Shown: positions 24,501 through 38,000 of the stretch, piece after piece | How the letters are laid out: each line of letters starts with the position of its first letter | How positions within the stretch are numbered: position 1 is the stretch's first letter | NCBI GenBank assembly: GCA_051362555.1 | Contig: CM120643.1 | Coordinates: 3,720,001 to 3,784,000 of the forward strand | Reading direction: 5' to 3' | Length of the DNA stretch: 64,000 nt | Source: Lingula anatina | Lineage: Eukaryota > Animalia > Brachiopoda | The notes under the pieces: model-generated | Databases searched by the model: none | What the model was told of the DNA's origin: nothing | The model's input: only the letters and a program-made list of their open reading frames with translations | Position numbers and translations under genes: made by a program

Positions 24501-27500
24501 GCATCTGGCATTGATAGTAAGGAGAAGTCTTCTATGGATATATATTATTTTCCAGATAACAGTTATAGGTAATTTGCAAACTCCTACACAAACAACCTCA
24601 AATCATCACATTTGCTATTTTATTTCATAATCACATTGCAAAATTATTAACATTTAACTATTTTAAGCCATGGAATTTGCCAGATTTTTCAGTGTAATTT
24701 TCAGTTTTTTTAAGGATATTGTCGAAAGAAGATACTTTTCATTAGACACAGTCATTTGATCAGCTTATCACAGGTTTTTATTGTTGTTAAGCATCATTTG
24801 TACAAATTTCAGAAACACTGGACTAGATTTGACAAAATTATTAATGTTTAACTATTTGAAGTCCTTGGATTTGCCAGTCTTTTCAATGTTAATTTCAGTT
24901 GTCCTAAATTAATTGTCCCAAAAAACACTTTTCATTAGATACAGTCAACAGATCATCTAATCACAGATTTTTATTGTTGTTAAGCATCATTTGTACAAAT
25001 TTCAGAAATATTACACAAGATTTGACAAAATTATTAACGTTTAACTATTTGAAGTCCTTGGATTTGCCAGTCTTTTCAATGTAAATTTCATTTTTCCCAA
25101 ATATGTTGTCCTAAAAAACACTTTTCATTAGATACAGTCAACAGATCATCTAATCACAGATTTTAATTATTGTTAAGCATCATTTGTACAAATTTCAGAA
25201 ATATTGGACAAGATTTGAAAATTTTATTAACGTTTAACTATTTTAAGTCATGAAATTTGCCAGTGTTTTCAACGTAAATTTCAGTTTTCCCAAATATGTT
25301 GTCCCAAAAAACACTTTTCATTAAATACAGTCAACAAATCATCTAATCACAGATTTTTATTGTTGTTAAGCATCATTTGTACAAATTTCAGAAATATTGG
25401 ACAAGATTTGAAAAAATTATTAACGTTTAACTATTTTATGTCGTGGAATTTGCCAGTGTTTTCTATGTTATTTTCAGTTTTTTCAGTTATATTGTTCTTT
25501 TTCCAGAGTACCTTTACCATGAAGATGCAGGCAGCGAAAGACAGCACCAAGAGCAGCACTATGTCTTATCCATGTGTACAATACATGATATGTGGCAAGA
25601 TTTAGGACATTGTCAAATGTTGTGATAACAGCAACCCATTCCAGAAACCCATTGTAAGGAGTAATCTGCATCTGGCATTGATAGTAAGGAGAAGTCTTCT
25701 ATGGATATATATTGTTTTCCAGATAACAGTTATAGGTAATTTGCAAACTCCTACACAAACAACCTCAAATCATCACATTTGCTATTTTATTTCATAATCG
25801 CATTGCAAAATTATTAACATTTAACTATTTTAAGCCATGGAATTTGCCAGATTTTTCAGTGTAATTTTCAGTTTTTTTCAAGGATATTGTCGAAAGAAGA
25901 TACTTTTCATTAGACACAGTCATTTGATCAGCTTATCACAGGTTTTTATTGTTGTTTAGCATCATTTGTACAAATTTCAGAAACACTGGACTAGATTTGA
26001 CAAAATTATTAACGTTTAACTATTTGAAGTCCTTGGATTTGCCAGATCTTTTCAATGTAAATTTCATTTTTCCCAAATATGTTGTCCCAAAAAACACTTT
26101 TCATTAGATACAGTCATCAGATCATCTAATCACAGATTTTTATGATTGTTAAGCATCATTGGTACAAATTTCAGAAATATTGGACAAGATTTGAAAATTT
26201 TATTAACGTTTAACTATTTTAAGTCATGAGATTTGCCAGTGTTTTCAACGTAAATTTCAGTTTTCCCAAATATGTTGTCCCAAAAAACACTTTTCATTAA
26301 ATACAGTCAACAGATCATCTAATCACAGATTTTTATTGTTGTTAAGCATCATTTGTACAAATTTCAGAAATATTGGACAAGATTTGAAAAAATTATTAAC
26401 GTTTAACTATTTTATGTCGTGGAATTTGCCAGCGTTTTCTATGTTATTTTCAGTTTTTTCAGTTATATTGTTCTTTTTCCAGAGTACCTTTACCATGAAG
26501 ATGCAGGCAGCAAAAGACAGCACCAAGAGCAGCACTATGTCTTATCCATGTGTACAATACATGATATGTGGCATGATTTAGGACATTGTCAAATGTTGTG
26601 ATAACAGCAACCCATTCCAGAAACCCATTGTAAGGAGTAATCTGCATCTGGCATTGATAGTAAGGAGAAGTCTTCTATGGATATATATTGTTTTCCAGAT
26701 AACAGTTATAGGTAATTTGCAAACTCCTACACAAACAACCTCAAATCATCACATTTGCTATTTTATTTTATAATCACATTGCAAAATTATTAACATTTAA
26801 CTATTTTAAGGCATGGAATTTGCCAGATTTTTCAGTGTAATTTTCAGTTTTTTCAAGGATATTGTCGAAAGAAGATACTTTTCATTAGACACAGTTATTT
26901 GATCAGCTTATCACAGGTTTTTATTGTTGTTAAGCATCATTTGTACAAATTTCAGAAACACTGGACTAGATTTGACAAAATTATTAACGTTTAACTATTT
27001 GAAGTCCTTGGATTTGCCAGTCTTTTCAATGTAAATTTCATTTTTTCCAAATATTTTGTCCCAAAAAACACTTTTCATTAAATACAGTCAACAGATCATC
27101 TAATCACAGATTTTTATTATTGTTAAGCATCATTTGTACAAATTTCAGAAATATTGGACAAGATTTGAAAATTTTATTAACGTTTAACTATTTTAAGTCA
27201 TGAGATTTGCCAGTGTTTTCAACGTAAATTTCAGTTTTCCCAAATATGTTGTCCCAAAAAACACTTTTCATTAAATACAGTCAACAGATCATCTAATCAC
27301 AGATTTTTATTGTTGTTAAGCATCATTTGTACAAATTTCAGAAATATTGGACAAGATTTGAAAAAATTATTAACGTTTAACTATTTTATGTCGTGGAATT
27401 TGCCAGCGTTTTCTATGTTATTTTCAGTTTTTTCAGTTATATTGTTCTTTTTCCAGAGTACCTTTACCATGAAGATGCAGGCAGCGAAAGACAGCACCAA

Positions 27501-30500
27501 GAGCAGCACTATGTCTTATCCATGTGTACAATACATGATATGTGGCAAGATTTAGGACATTGTCAAATGTTGTGATAACAGCAACCCATTCCAGAAACCC
27601 ATTGTAAGGAGTAATCTGCATCTGGCATTGATAGTAAGGAGAAGTCTTGTATAGGTATATATTGTTTTCCAGATAACAGTTATAGGTAATTTGCAACCTC
27701 CTACACAAACAACCTCAAATCATCACATTTGCTATTTTATTTTATAATCACATTGCAAAATTATTAACATTTAACTATTTTAAGGCATGGAATTTGCCAG
27801 ATTTTTCAGTGTAATTTTCAGTTTTTTTCAAGGATATTGTCGAAAGAAGATACTTTTCATTAGACACAGTCATTTGATCAGCTTATCACAGGTTTTTATT
27901 GCTGTTAACCATCATTTGTACAAATTTCAGAAATATTGGACAAGATTTGAAAAAATTATTAACGTTTAACTATTTAATGTCGTGGAATTTACCAGTGTTT
28001 TCAATGTAAATTTCATTTTTCCCAAATATGTTGTCCCAAAAAACACTTTTCATTAGATACAGTGAACAGATCATCTAATCACAGATTTTTATTATTGTTA
28101 AGCATCATTTGTACAAATTTCAGAAATATTGGACAAGATTTGAAAATTTTATTAACGTTTAACTATTTTAAGTCATGAGATTTGCCAATGTTTTCAATGT
28201 AAATTTCAGTTTTCCCAAATATGTTGTCCCAAAAAAAAAAACTTTTCATTAGATGCAGTCAACAGATCATCTAATCACAGATTTTTATTGTTGTTAAGCA
28301 TCATTTGCAAGAATTTCAGAAATATTGGACAAGATTTGAAAAAATTATTAACGTTTAACTATTTGATGTCGTGGAATTTGCCAGCGTTTTCTATGTTATT
28401 TTCAGTTTTTTCAGTTATATTGTTCTTTTTCCAGAGTACCTTTACCATGAAGATGCAGGCAGCGAAAGACAGCACCAAGAGCAGCACTATGTCTTATCCA
28501 TGTGTACAATACACGATATGTGGCAAGATTTAGGACATTGTCAAATGTTGTGATAACAACAACCCATTCCAGAAACCCATTGTAAGGTGTAATCTGCATC
28601 TGGCATTGATAGTAAGGAGAAGTCTTGTATGGGTATATATTGTTTTTCAGATAACAGTTATAGGTAATTTGCAACCTCCTACACAAACAACCTCAAATCA
28701 TCACATTTGCTATTTTATTTTATAATCACGTGCAAAATTATTAACATTTAACTATTTTAAGGCATGGAATTTGCCAGATTTTTCAGTGTAATTTTCAGTT
28801 TTTTTCAAGGATATTGTCGAAAGAAGATACTTTTCATTAGACACAGTCATTTGATCAGCTTATCACAGGTTTTTATTGTTGTTAAGCATCATTTGTACAA
28901 ATTTCAGAAATATTATACAAGATTTGACAAAATTATTAACGTTTAACTATTTGAAGTCCTTTGATTTGCCAGTCTTTTCAATGTAAATTTCAGTTTTCCC
29001 TAATATGTTGTCCCAAAAAACACTTTTCATTAGATACAGTGAACAGATCATCTAATCACAGATTTTTATTATTGTTAAACATCATTTGTACAAATTTCAG
29101 AAATATTGGACAAGATTTGAAAATTTTATTAACGTTTATCTATTTTAAGTCATGAGATTTGCCAGTGTTTTCAACGTAAATTTCAGTTTTCCCAAATATG
29201 TTGTCCCAAAAAACACTTTTCATTAAATACAGTCAACAGATCATCTAATCACAGATTTTTATTGTTGTTAAGCATCATTTGTACAAATTTCTGAAATATT
29301 GGACAAGATTTGAAAAAATTGTTAACGTTTAACTATTTGAAGTCCTTGGATTTGCCAGTCTTTTCAACGTAAATTTCAGTTTTCCCAAATATGTTGTCCC
29401 AAAAAACACTTTTCATTAAATACAGTCAACAGATCATCTAATCACAGATTTTTATTGTTGTTAAGCATCATTTGTACAAATTTCAGAAATATTGGACAAG
29501 ATTTGAAAATTTTATTAACGTTTAACTATTTTAAGTCATGAAATTTGCCAGTGTTTTCAACGTAAATTTCAGTTTTCCCAAATATGTTGTCCCAAAAAAC
29601 ACTTTTCATTAAATACAGTCAACAGATCATCTAATCACAGATTTTTATTGTTGTTAAGCATCATTTGTACAAATTTCAGAAATATTGGACAAGATTTGAA
29701 AAAATTATTAACGTTTAACTATTTTATATCGTGGAATTTGCCAGCGTTTTCTATGTTATTTTCAGTTTTTTCAGTTATATTGTTCTTTTTCCAGAGTACC
29801 TTTACCATGAAGATGCAGGCAGCGAAAGACAGCACCAAGAGCAGCACTATGTCTTATCCATGTGTACAATACATGATATGTGGCAAGATTTAGGACATTG
29901 TCAAATGTTGTGATAACAGCAACCCATTCCAGAAACCCATTGTAAGGAGTAATCTGCATCTGGCATTGATAGTAAGGAGAAGTCTTGTATAGGTATATAT
30001 TGTTTTCCAGATAACAGTTATAGGTAATTTGCAACCTCCTACACAAACAACCTCAAATCATCACATTTGCTATTTTATTTTATAATCACATTGCAAAATT
30101 ATTAACATTTAACTATTTTAAGGCATGGAATTTGCCAGATTTTTCAGTGTAATTTTCAGTTTTTTTCAAGGATATTGTCGAAAGAAGATACTTTTCATTA
30201 GACACAGTCATTTGATCAGCTTATCACAGGTTTTTATTGCTGTTAACCATCATTTGTACAAATTTCAGAAATATTGGACAAGATTTGAAAAAATTATTAA
30301 CGTTTAACTATTTAATGTCGTGGAATTTACCAGTGTTTTCAATGTAAATTTCATTTTTCCCAAATATGTTGTCCCAAAAAACACTTTTCATTAGATACAG
30401 TGAACAGATCATCTAATCACAGATTTTTATTATTGTTAAGCATCATTTGTACAAATTTCAGAAATATTGGACAAGATTTGAAAATTTTATTAACGTTTAA

Positions 30501-33500
30501 CTATTTTAAGTCATGAGATTTGCCAATGTTTTCAATGTAAATTTCAGTTTTCCCAAATATGTTGTCCCAAAAAAAAAAACTTTTCATTAGATGCAGTCAA
30601 CAGATCATCTAATCACAGATTTTTATTGTTGTTAAGCATCATTTGCAAGAATTTCAGAAATATTGGACAAGATTTGAAAAAATTATTAACGTTTAACTAT
30701 TTGATGTCGTGGAATTTGCCAGCGTTTTCTATGTTATTTTCAGTTTTTTCAGTTATATTGTTCTTTTTCCAGAGTACCTTTACCATGAAGATGCAGGCAG
30801 CGAAAGACAGCACCAAGAGCAGCACTATGTCTTATCCATGTGTACAATACACGATATGTGGCAAGATTTAGGACATTGTCAAATGTTGTGATAACAACAA
30901 CCCATTCCAGAAACCCATTGTAAGGTGTAATCTGCATCTGGCATTGATAGTAAGGAGAAGTCTTGTATGGGTATATATTGTTTTTCAGATAACAGTTATA
31001 GGTAATTTGCAACCTCCTACACAAACAACCTCAAATCATCACATTTGCTATTTTATTTTATAATCACGTGCAAAATTATTAACATTTAACTATTTTAAGG
31101 CATGGAATTTGCCAGATTTTTCAGTGTAATTTTCAGTTTTTTTCAAGGATATTGTCGAAAGAAGATACTTTTCATTAGACACAGTCATTTGATCAGCTTA
31201 TCACAGGTTTTTATTGTTGTTAAGCATCATTTGTACAAATTTCAGAAATATTATACAAGATTTGACAAAATTATTAACGTTTAACTATTTGAAGTCCTTT
31301 GATTTGCCAGTCTTTTCAATGTAAATTTCAGTTTTCCCTAATATGTTGTCCCAAAAAACACTTTTCATTAGATACAGTGAACAGATCATCTAATCACAGA
31401 TTTTTATTATTGTTAAACATCATTTGTACAAATTTCAGAAATATTGGACAAGATTTGAAAATTTTATTAACGTTTATCTATTTTAAGTCATGAGATTTGC
31501 CAGTGTTTTCAACGTAAATTTCAGTTTTCCCAAATATGTTGTCCCAAAAAACACTTTTCATTAAATACAGTCAACAGATCATCTAATCACAGATTTTTAT
31601 TGTTGTTAAGCATCATTTGTACAAATTTCTGAAATATTGGACAAGATTTGAAAAAATTGTTAACGTTTAACTATTTGAAGTCCTTGGATTTGCCAGTCTT
31701 TTCAACGTAAATTTCAGTTTTCCCAAATATGTTGTCCCAAAAAACACTTTTCATTAAATACAGTCAACAGATCATCTAATCACAGATTTTTATTGTTGTT
31801 AAGCATCATTTGTACAAATTTCAGAAATATTGGACAAGATTTGAAAAAATTATTAACGTTTAACTATTTTATGTCGTGGAATTTGCCAGCGTTTTCTATG
31901 TTATTTTCAGTTTTTTCAGTTATATTGTTCTTTTTCCAGAGTACCTTTACCATGAAGATGCAGGCAGCGAAAGACAGCACCAAGAGCAGCACTATGTCTT
32001 ATCCATGTGTACAATACATGATATGTGGCAAGATTTAGGACATTGTCAAATGTTGTGATAACAGCAACCCATTCCAGAAACCCATTGTAAGGAGTAATCT
32101 GCATCTGGCATTGATAGTAAGGAGAAGTCTTCTATGGATATATATTGTTTTCCAGATAACAGTTATAGGTAATTTGCAAACTCCTACACAAACAACCTCA
32201 AATCATCACATTTGCTATTTTATTTTATAATCACATTGCAAAATTATTAACATTTAACTATTTTAAGCCATGGAATTTGCCAGATTTTTCAGTGTAATTT
32301 TCAGTTTTTTTCAAGGATATTGTCGAAAGAAGATACTTTTCATTTGACACAGTCATTTGATCAGCTTATCACAGGTTTTTATTGCTGTTAACCATCATTT
32401 GCACAAATTTCAGAAATATTGGACAAGATTTGAAAAAATTATTAACTATTTAAAACGTTTAACTATTTAATGTCGTGGAATTTACCAGTGTTTTCAATGT
32501 AAATTTCATTTTTCCCAAATATGTTGTCCCAAAAAACACTTTTCATTAGATACAGTGAACAGATCATCTAATCACAGATTTTTATTATTGTTAAGCATCA
32601 TTTGTACAAATTTCAGAAATATTGGACAAGATTTGAAAATTTTATTAACGTTTAACTATTTTAAGTCATGAGATTTGCCAATGTTTTCAATGTAAATTTC
32701 AGTTTTCCCAAATATGTTGTCCCAAAAAAAAACACTTTTCATTAGATGCAGTCAACAGATCATCTAATCACAGATTTTTATTGTTGTTAAGCATCATTTG
32801 CAAGAATTTCAGAAATATTGGACAAGATTTGAAAAAATTATTAACGTTTAACTATTTGATGTCGTGGAATTTGCCAGCGTTTTCTATGTTATTTTCAGTT
32901 TTTTCAGTTATATTGTTCTTTTTCCAGAGTACCTTTACCATGAAGATGCAGGCAGCGAAAGACAGCACCAAGAGCAGCACTATGTCTTATCCATGTGTAC
33001 AATACACGATATGTGGCAAGATTTAGGACATTGTCAAATGTTGTGATAACAACAACCCATTCCAGAAACCCATTGTAAGGTGTAATCTGCATCTGGCATT
33101 GATAGTAAGGAGAAGTCTTGTATGGGTATATATTGTTTTTCAGATAACAGTTATAGGTAATTTGCAACCTCCTACACAAACAACCTCAAATCATCACATT
33201 TGCTATTTTATTTTATAATCACGCGCAAAATTATTAACATTTAACTATTTTAAGGCATGGAATTTGCCAGATTTTTCAGTGTAATTTTCAGTTTTTTTCA
33301 AGGATATTGTCGAAAGAAGATACTTTTCATTAGACACAGTCATTTGATCAGCTTATCACAGGTTTTTATTGTTGTTAAGCATCATTTGTACAAATTTCAG
33401 AAATATTATACAAGATTTGACAAAATTATTAACGTTTAACTATTTGAAGTCCTTGGATTTGCCAGTCTTTTCAATGTAAATTTCAGTTTTCCCTAATATG

Positions 33501-34106
33501 TTGTCCCAAAAAACACTTTTCATTAGATACAGTGAACAGATCATCTAATCACAGATTTTTATTATTGTTAAGCATCATTTGTACAAATTTCAGAAATATT
33601 GGACAAGATTTGAAAATTTTATTAACGTTTATCTATTTTAAGTCATGAGATTTGCCAGTGTTTTCAACGTAAATTTCAGTTTTCCCAAATATGTTGTCCC
33701 AAAAAACACTTTTCATTAAATACAGTCAACAGATCATCTAATCACAGATTTTTATTGTTGTTAAGCATCATTTGTACAAATTTCTGAAATATTGGACAAG
33801 ATTTGAAAAAATTGTTAACGTTTAACTATTTGATGTCGTGGAATTTGCCAGCATTTTCAATGTTATTTTCAGTTTTTTCAGTTATATTGTTCTTTTTCCA
33901 GAGTACCTTTACCATGAAGATGCAGGCAGCGAAAGACAGCACCAAGAGCAGCACTATGTCTTATCCATGTGTACAGTACATGATATGTGGCAAGATTTAG
34001 GACATTGTCAAATGTTGTGATAACAGCAACCCATTCCAGAAACCCATTGTAAGGAGTAATCTGCATCTGGCATTGATAGTAAGGAGAAGTCTTGTATGGA
34101 TATATA

Positions 34107-35034
34107 CACGCTCGGCTGTCACCTTGATTGGATAGTAAACGATTGTCGTAAAATCGCTAAATGATATTAAAACCGGGTGCATAAACTTGAAAACCACCTA
34201 CAACAACCTTGGACTACCACATTAATCCAATACAATGCAAAAATAAACTATAACAAGTGGTTAAAGCCTTCAAACCGAATGTCGTAAAGTCCCCATATAC
34301 CTCCATAGAGACAATAAAATAGAATGAGCTTCTGAAACAAACCTGATCCAGTTCCAACAGAATAATCGAAATAAAATACTGCCGGGCATCGGTGCGGCCT
34401 AAAACTTGGCACGCTTACCGCTAATACTGCAGGCTACATCATCCCGTCGCTCGTTTGTAAATTCCGTGCATGGCATACGCACAATCAAACCGTAAAAAAC
34501 AAATTCTCGGGGTGTCGTTGGCTAGGTCCACGCAACAATCCAATTCAGGAAATGACGTAACCGCAGAGGTCGCATTGTCCAATGGCATGGCTTCTTTTTC
34601 GTAATGGTAGGTTAGAGTGGACCTGGCCAACGGTTTGATTGATTTTTACGGTTTGATTGTGCGTATGCCATGCACGGAATTTACAAACGAGCGACGGAAT
34701 GATGTAGCCTGCAGTATTAGCGGTAAGCGTGCCAAGTTTTAGGCCGCTCCGATGCCCGGCAGTATTTTATTTCGATTATTCTGTTGGAACTGGATCAGGT
34801 TTGTTTCAGAAGCTCATTCTATTTTATTGTCTCTATGGAGGTATATGGGGACTTTACGACATTCGGTTTGAAGGCTTTAACCACTTGTTATAGTTTATTT
34901 TTGCATTGTATTGGATTAATGTGGCAGTCCAAGGTTGTTGTAGGTGGTTTTCAAGTTTATGCACCCGGTTTTAATATCATTTAGCGATTTTACGACAATC
35001 GTTTACTATCCAATCAAGGTGACAGCCGAGCGTG
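34107..35034. mobile_element. 928-bp foldback / MITE with ~395-bp TIRs and 8-bp TSD (P- or hAT-type signature)
   Basis: CACGCTCGGCTGTCACC...GGTGACAGCCGAGCGTG termini; GATATATA duplicated at 34099-34106 and 35035-35042; the empty site is visible in the other array units. Confidence 0.93.
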
Positions 35035-38000
35035 GATATATATTGTTTTCCAGATAACAGTTATAGGTAATTTGCAACCTCCTACACAAACAACCTCAAA
35101 TCATCACATTTGCTATTTTATTTTTTAATCACATTGCAAAATTATTAACATTTAACTATTTTAAGGCATGGAATTTGCCAGATTTTTCAGTGTAATTTTC
35201 AGTTTTTTCAAGGATATTGTCGAAAGAAGATACTTTTCATTAGACACAGTCATTTGATCAGCTTATCACAGGTTTTTATTGTTGTTAAGCATCATTTGTA
35301 CAAATTTCAGAAACACTGGACTAGATTTGACAAAATTATTAACGTTTAACTATTTGAAGTCCTTGGATTTGCCAGTCTTTTCAATGTAAATTTCATTTTT
35401 CCCAAATATTTTGTCCCAAAAAACACTTTTCATTAAAGACAGTCAACAGATCATCTAATCACAGATTTTTATTATTGTTAAGCATCATTTGTGCAAATTT
35501 CAGAAATATTGGACAAGATTTGAAAATTTTAATAACGGTTAACTATTTTAAGTCATGAGATTTGCCAGTGTTTTCAACGTAAATTTCAGTTTTCCCAAAT
35601 ATGTCGTCCCAAAAAACTCTTTTCATTAGATGCAGTCAACAGATCATCTAATCACAGATTTTTATTGTTGTTAAGCATCATTTGTACGAATTTCAGAAAT
35701 ATTGGACAAGATTTGACAAAATTATTGTTAACGTTTAACTATTTAATGTCGTGGAATTTGCCAGCGTTTTCTATGTTATTTTCAGTTTTTTCAGTTATAT
35801 TGTTCTTTTTCCAGAGTACCTTTACCATGAAGATGCAGGCAGCGAAAGACAGCACCAAGAGCAGCACTATGTCTTATCCATGTGTACAATACATGATATG
35901 TGGCAAGATTTAGGACATTGTCAAATGTTGTGATAACAGCAACCCATTCCAGAAACCCATTGTAAGGAGTAATCTGCATCTGGCATTGATAGTAAGGAGA
36001 AGTCTTGTATAGGTATATATTGTTTTCCAGATAACAGTTATAGGTAATTTGCAACCTCCTACACAAACAACCTCAAATCATCACATTTGCTATTTTATTT
36101 TATAATCACATTGCAAAATTATTAACATTTAACTATTTTAAGCCATGGAATTTGCCAGATTTTTCAGTGTAATTTTCAGTTTTTTTCAAGGATATTGTCG
36201 AAAGAAGATACTTTTCATTTGACACAGTCATTTCATCAGCTTATCACAGGTTTTTATTGCTGTTAAGCATCATTTGTACAAATTTCAGAAATATTATACA
36301 AGATTTGAAAAAATTATTAACGTTTAACTATTTTATGTCGTGGAATTTACCAGTGTTTTCAATGTAAATTTCATTTTTCCCAAATATGTTGTCCCAAAAA
36401 ACACTTTTCATTAGATACAGTGAACAGATCATCTAATCACAGATTTTTATTATTGTTAAGCATCATTTGTGCAAATTTCAGAAATATTGGACAAGATTTG
36501 AAAATTTTAATAACGTTTAACTATTTTAAGTCATGAGATTTGCCAGTGTTTTCAACGTAAATTTCAGTTTTCCCAAATATGTCGTCCCAAAAAACTCTTT
36601 TCATTAGATGCAGTCAACAGATCATCTAATCACAGATTTTTATTGTTGTTAAGCATCATTTGTACGAATTTCAGAAATATTGGACAAGATTTGACAAAAT
36701 TATTGTTAACGTTTAACTATTTAATGTCATGGAATTTGCCAGCGTTTTCTATGTTATTTTCAGTTTTTTCAGTTATATTGTTCTTTTTCCAGAGTACCTT
36801 TACCATGAAGATGCAGGCAGCGAAAGACAGCACCAAGAGCAGCACTATGTCTTATCCATGTGTACAATACATGATATGTGGCAAGATTTAGGACATTGTC
36901 AAATGTTGTGATAACAGCAACCCATTCCAGAAACCCATTGTAAGGAGTAATCTGCATCTGGCATTGATAGTAAGGAGAAGTCTTGTATAGGTATATATTG
37001 TTTTCCAGATAACAGTTATAGGTAATTTGCAACCTCCTACACAAACAACCTCAAATCATCACATTTGCTATTTTATTTTATAATCACATTGCAAAATTAT
37101 TAACATTTAACTATTTTAAGCCATGGAATTTGCCAGATTTTTCAGTGTAATTTTCAGTTTTTTTCAAGGATATTGTCGAAAGAAGATACTTTTCATTTGA
37201 CACAGTCATTTCATCAGCTTATCACAGGTTTTTATTGCTGTTAAGCATCATTTGTACAAATTTCAGAAATATTATACAAGATTTGAAAAAATTATTAACG
37301 TTTAACTATTTTATGTCGTGGAATTTACCAGTGTTTTCAATGTAAATTTCATTTTTCCCAAATATGTTGTCCCAAAAAACACTTTTCATTAGATACAGTG
37401 AACAGATCATCTAATCACAGATTTTTATTATTGTTAAGCATCATTTGTACAAATTTCAGAAATATTGGACAAGATTTGAAAATTTTATTAACGTTTAACT
37501 ATTTTAAGTCATGAGATTTGCCAGTGTTTTCAATGTAAATTTCAGTTTTCCCAAATATGTTGTCCCAAAAAAAAACACTTTTCATTAGATGCAGTCAACA
37601 GATCATCTAATCACAGATTTTTATTGTTGTTAAGCATCATTTGCAAGAATTTCAGAAATATTGGACAAGATTTGACAAAATTATTGTTAACGTTTAACTA
37701 TTTAATGTCATGGAATTTGCCAGCGTTTTCTATGTTATTTTCAGTTTTTTCAGTTATGTTGTTCTTTTTCCAGAGTACCTTTACCATGAAGATGCAGGCA
37801 GCGAAAGACAGCACCAAGAGCAGCACTATGTCTTATCCATGTGTACAATACATGATATGTGGCAAGATTTAGGACATTGTCAAATGTTGTGATAACAGCA
37901 ACCCATTGCAGAAACCCATTGTAAGGTGTAATCTGCATCTGGCATTGATAGTAAGAGGAAGTCTTGTATGGGTATATATTGTTTTCCAGATAACAGTTAT

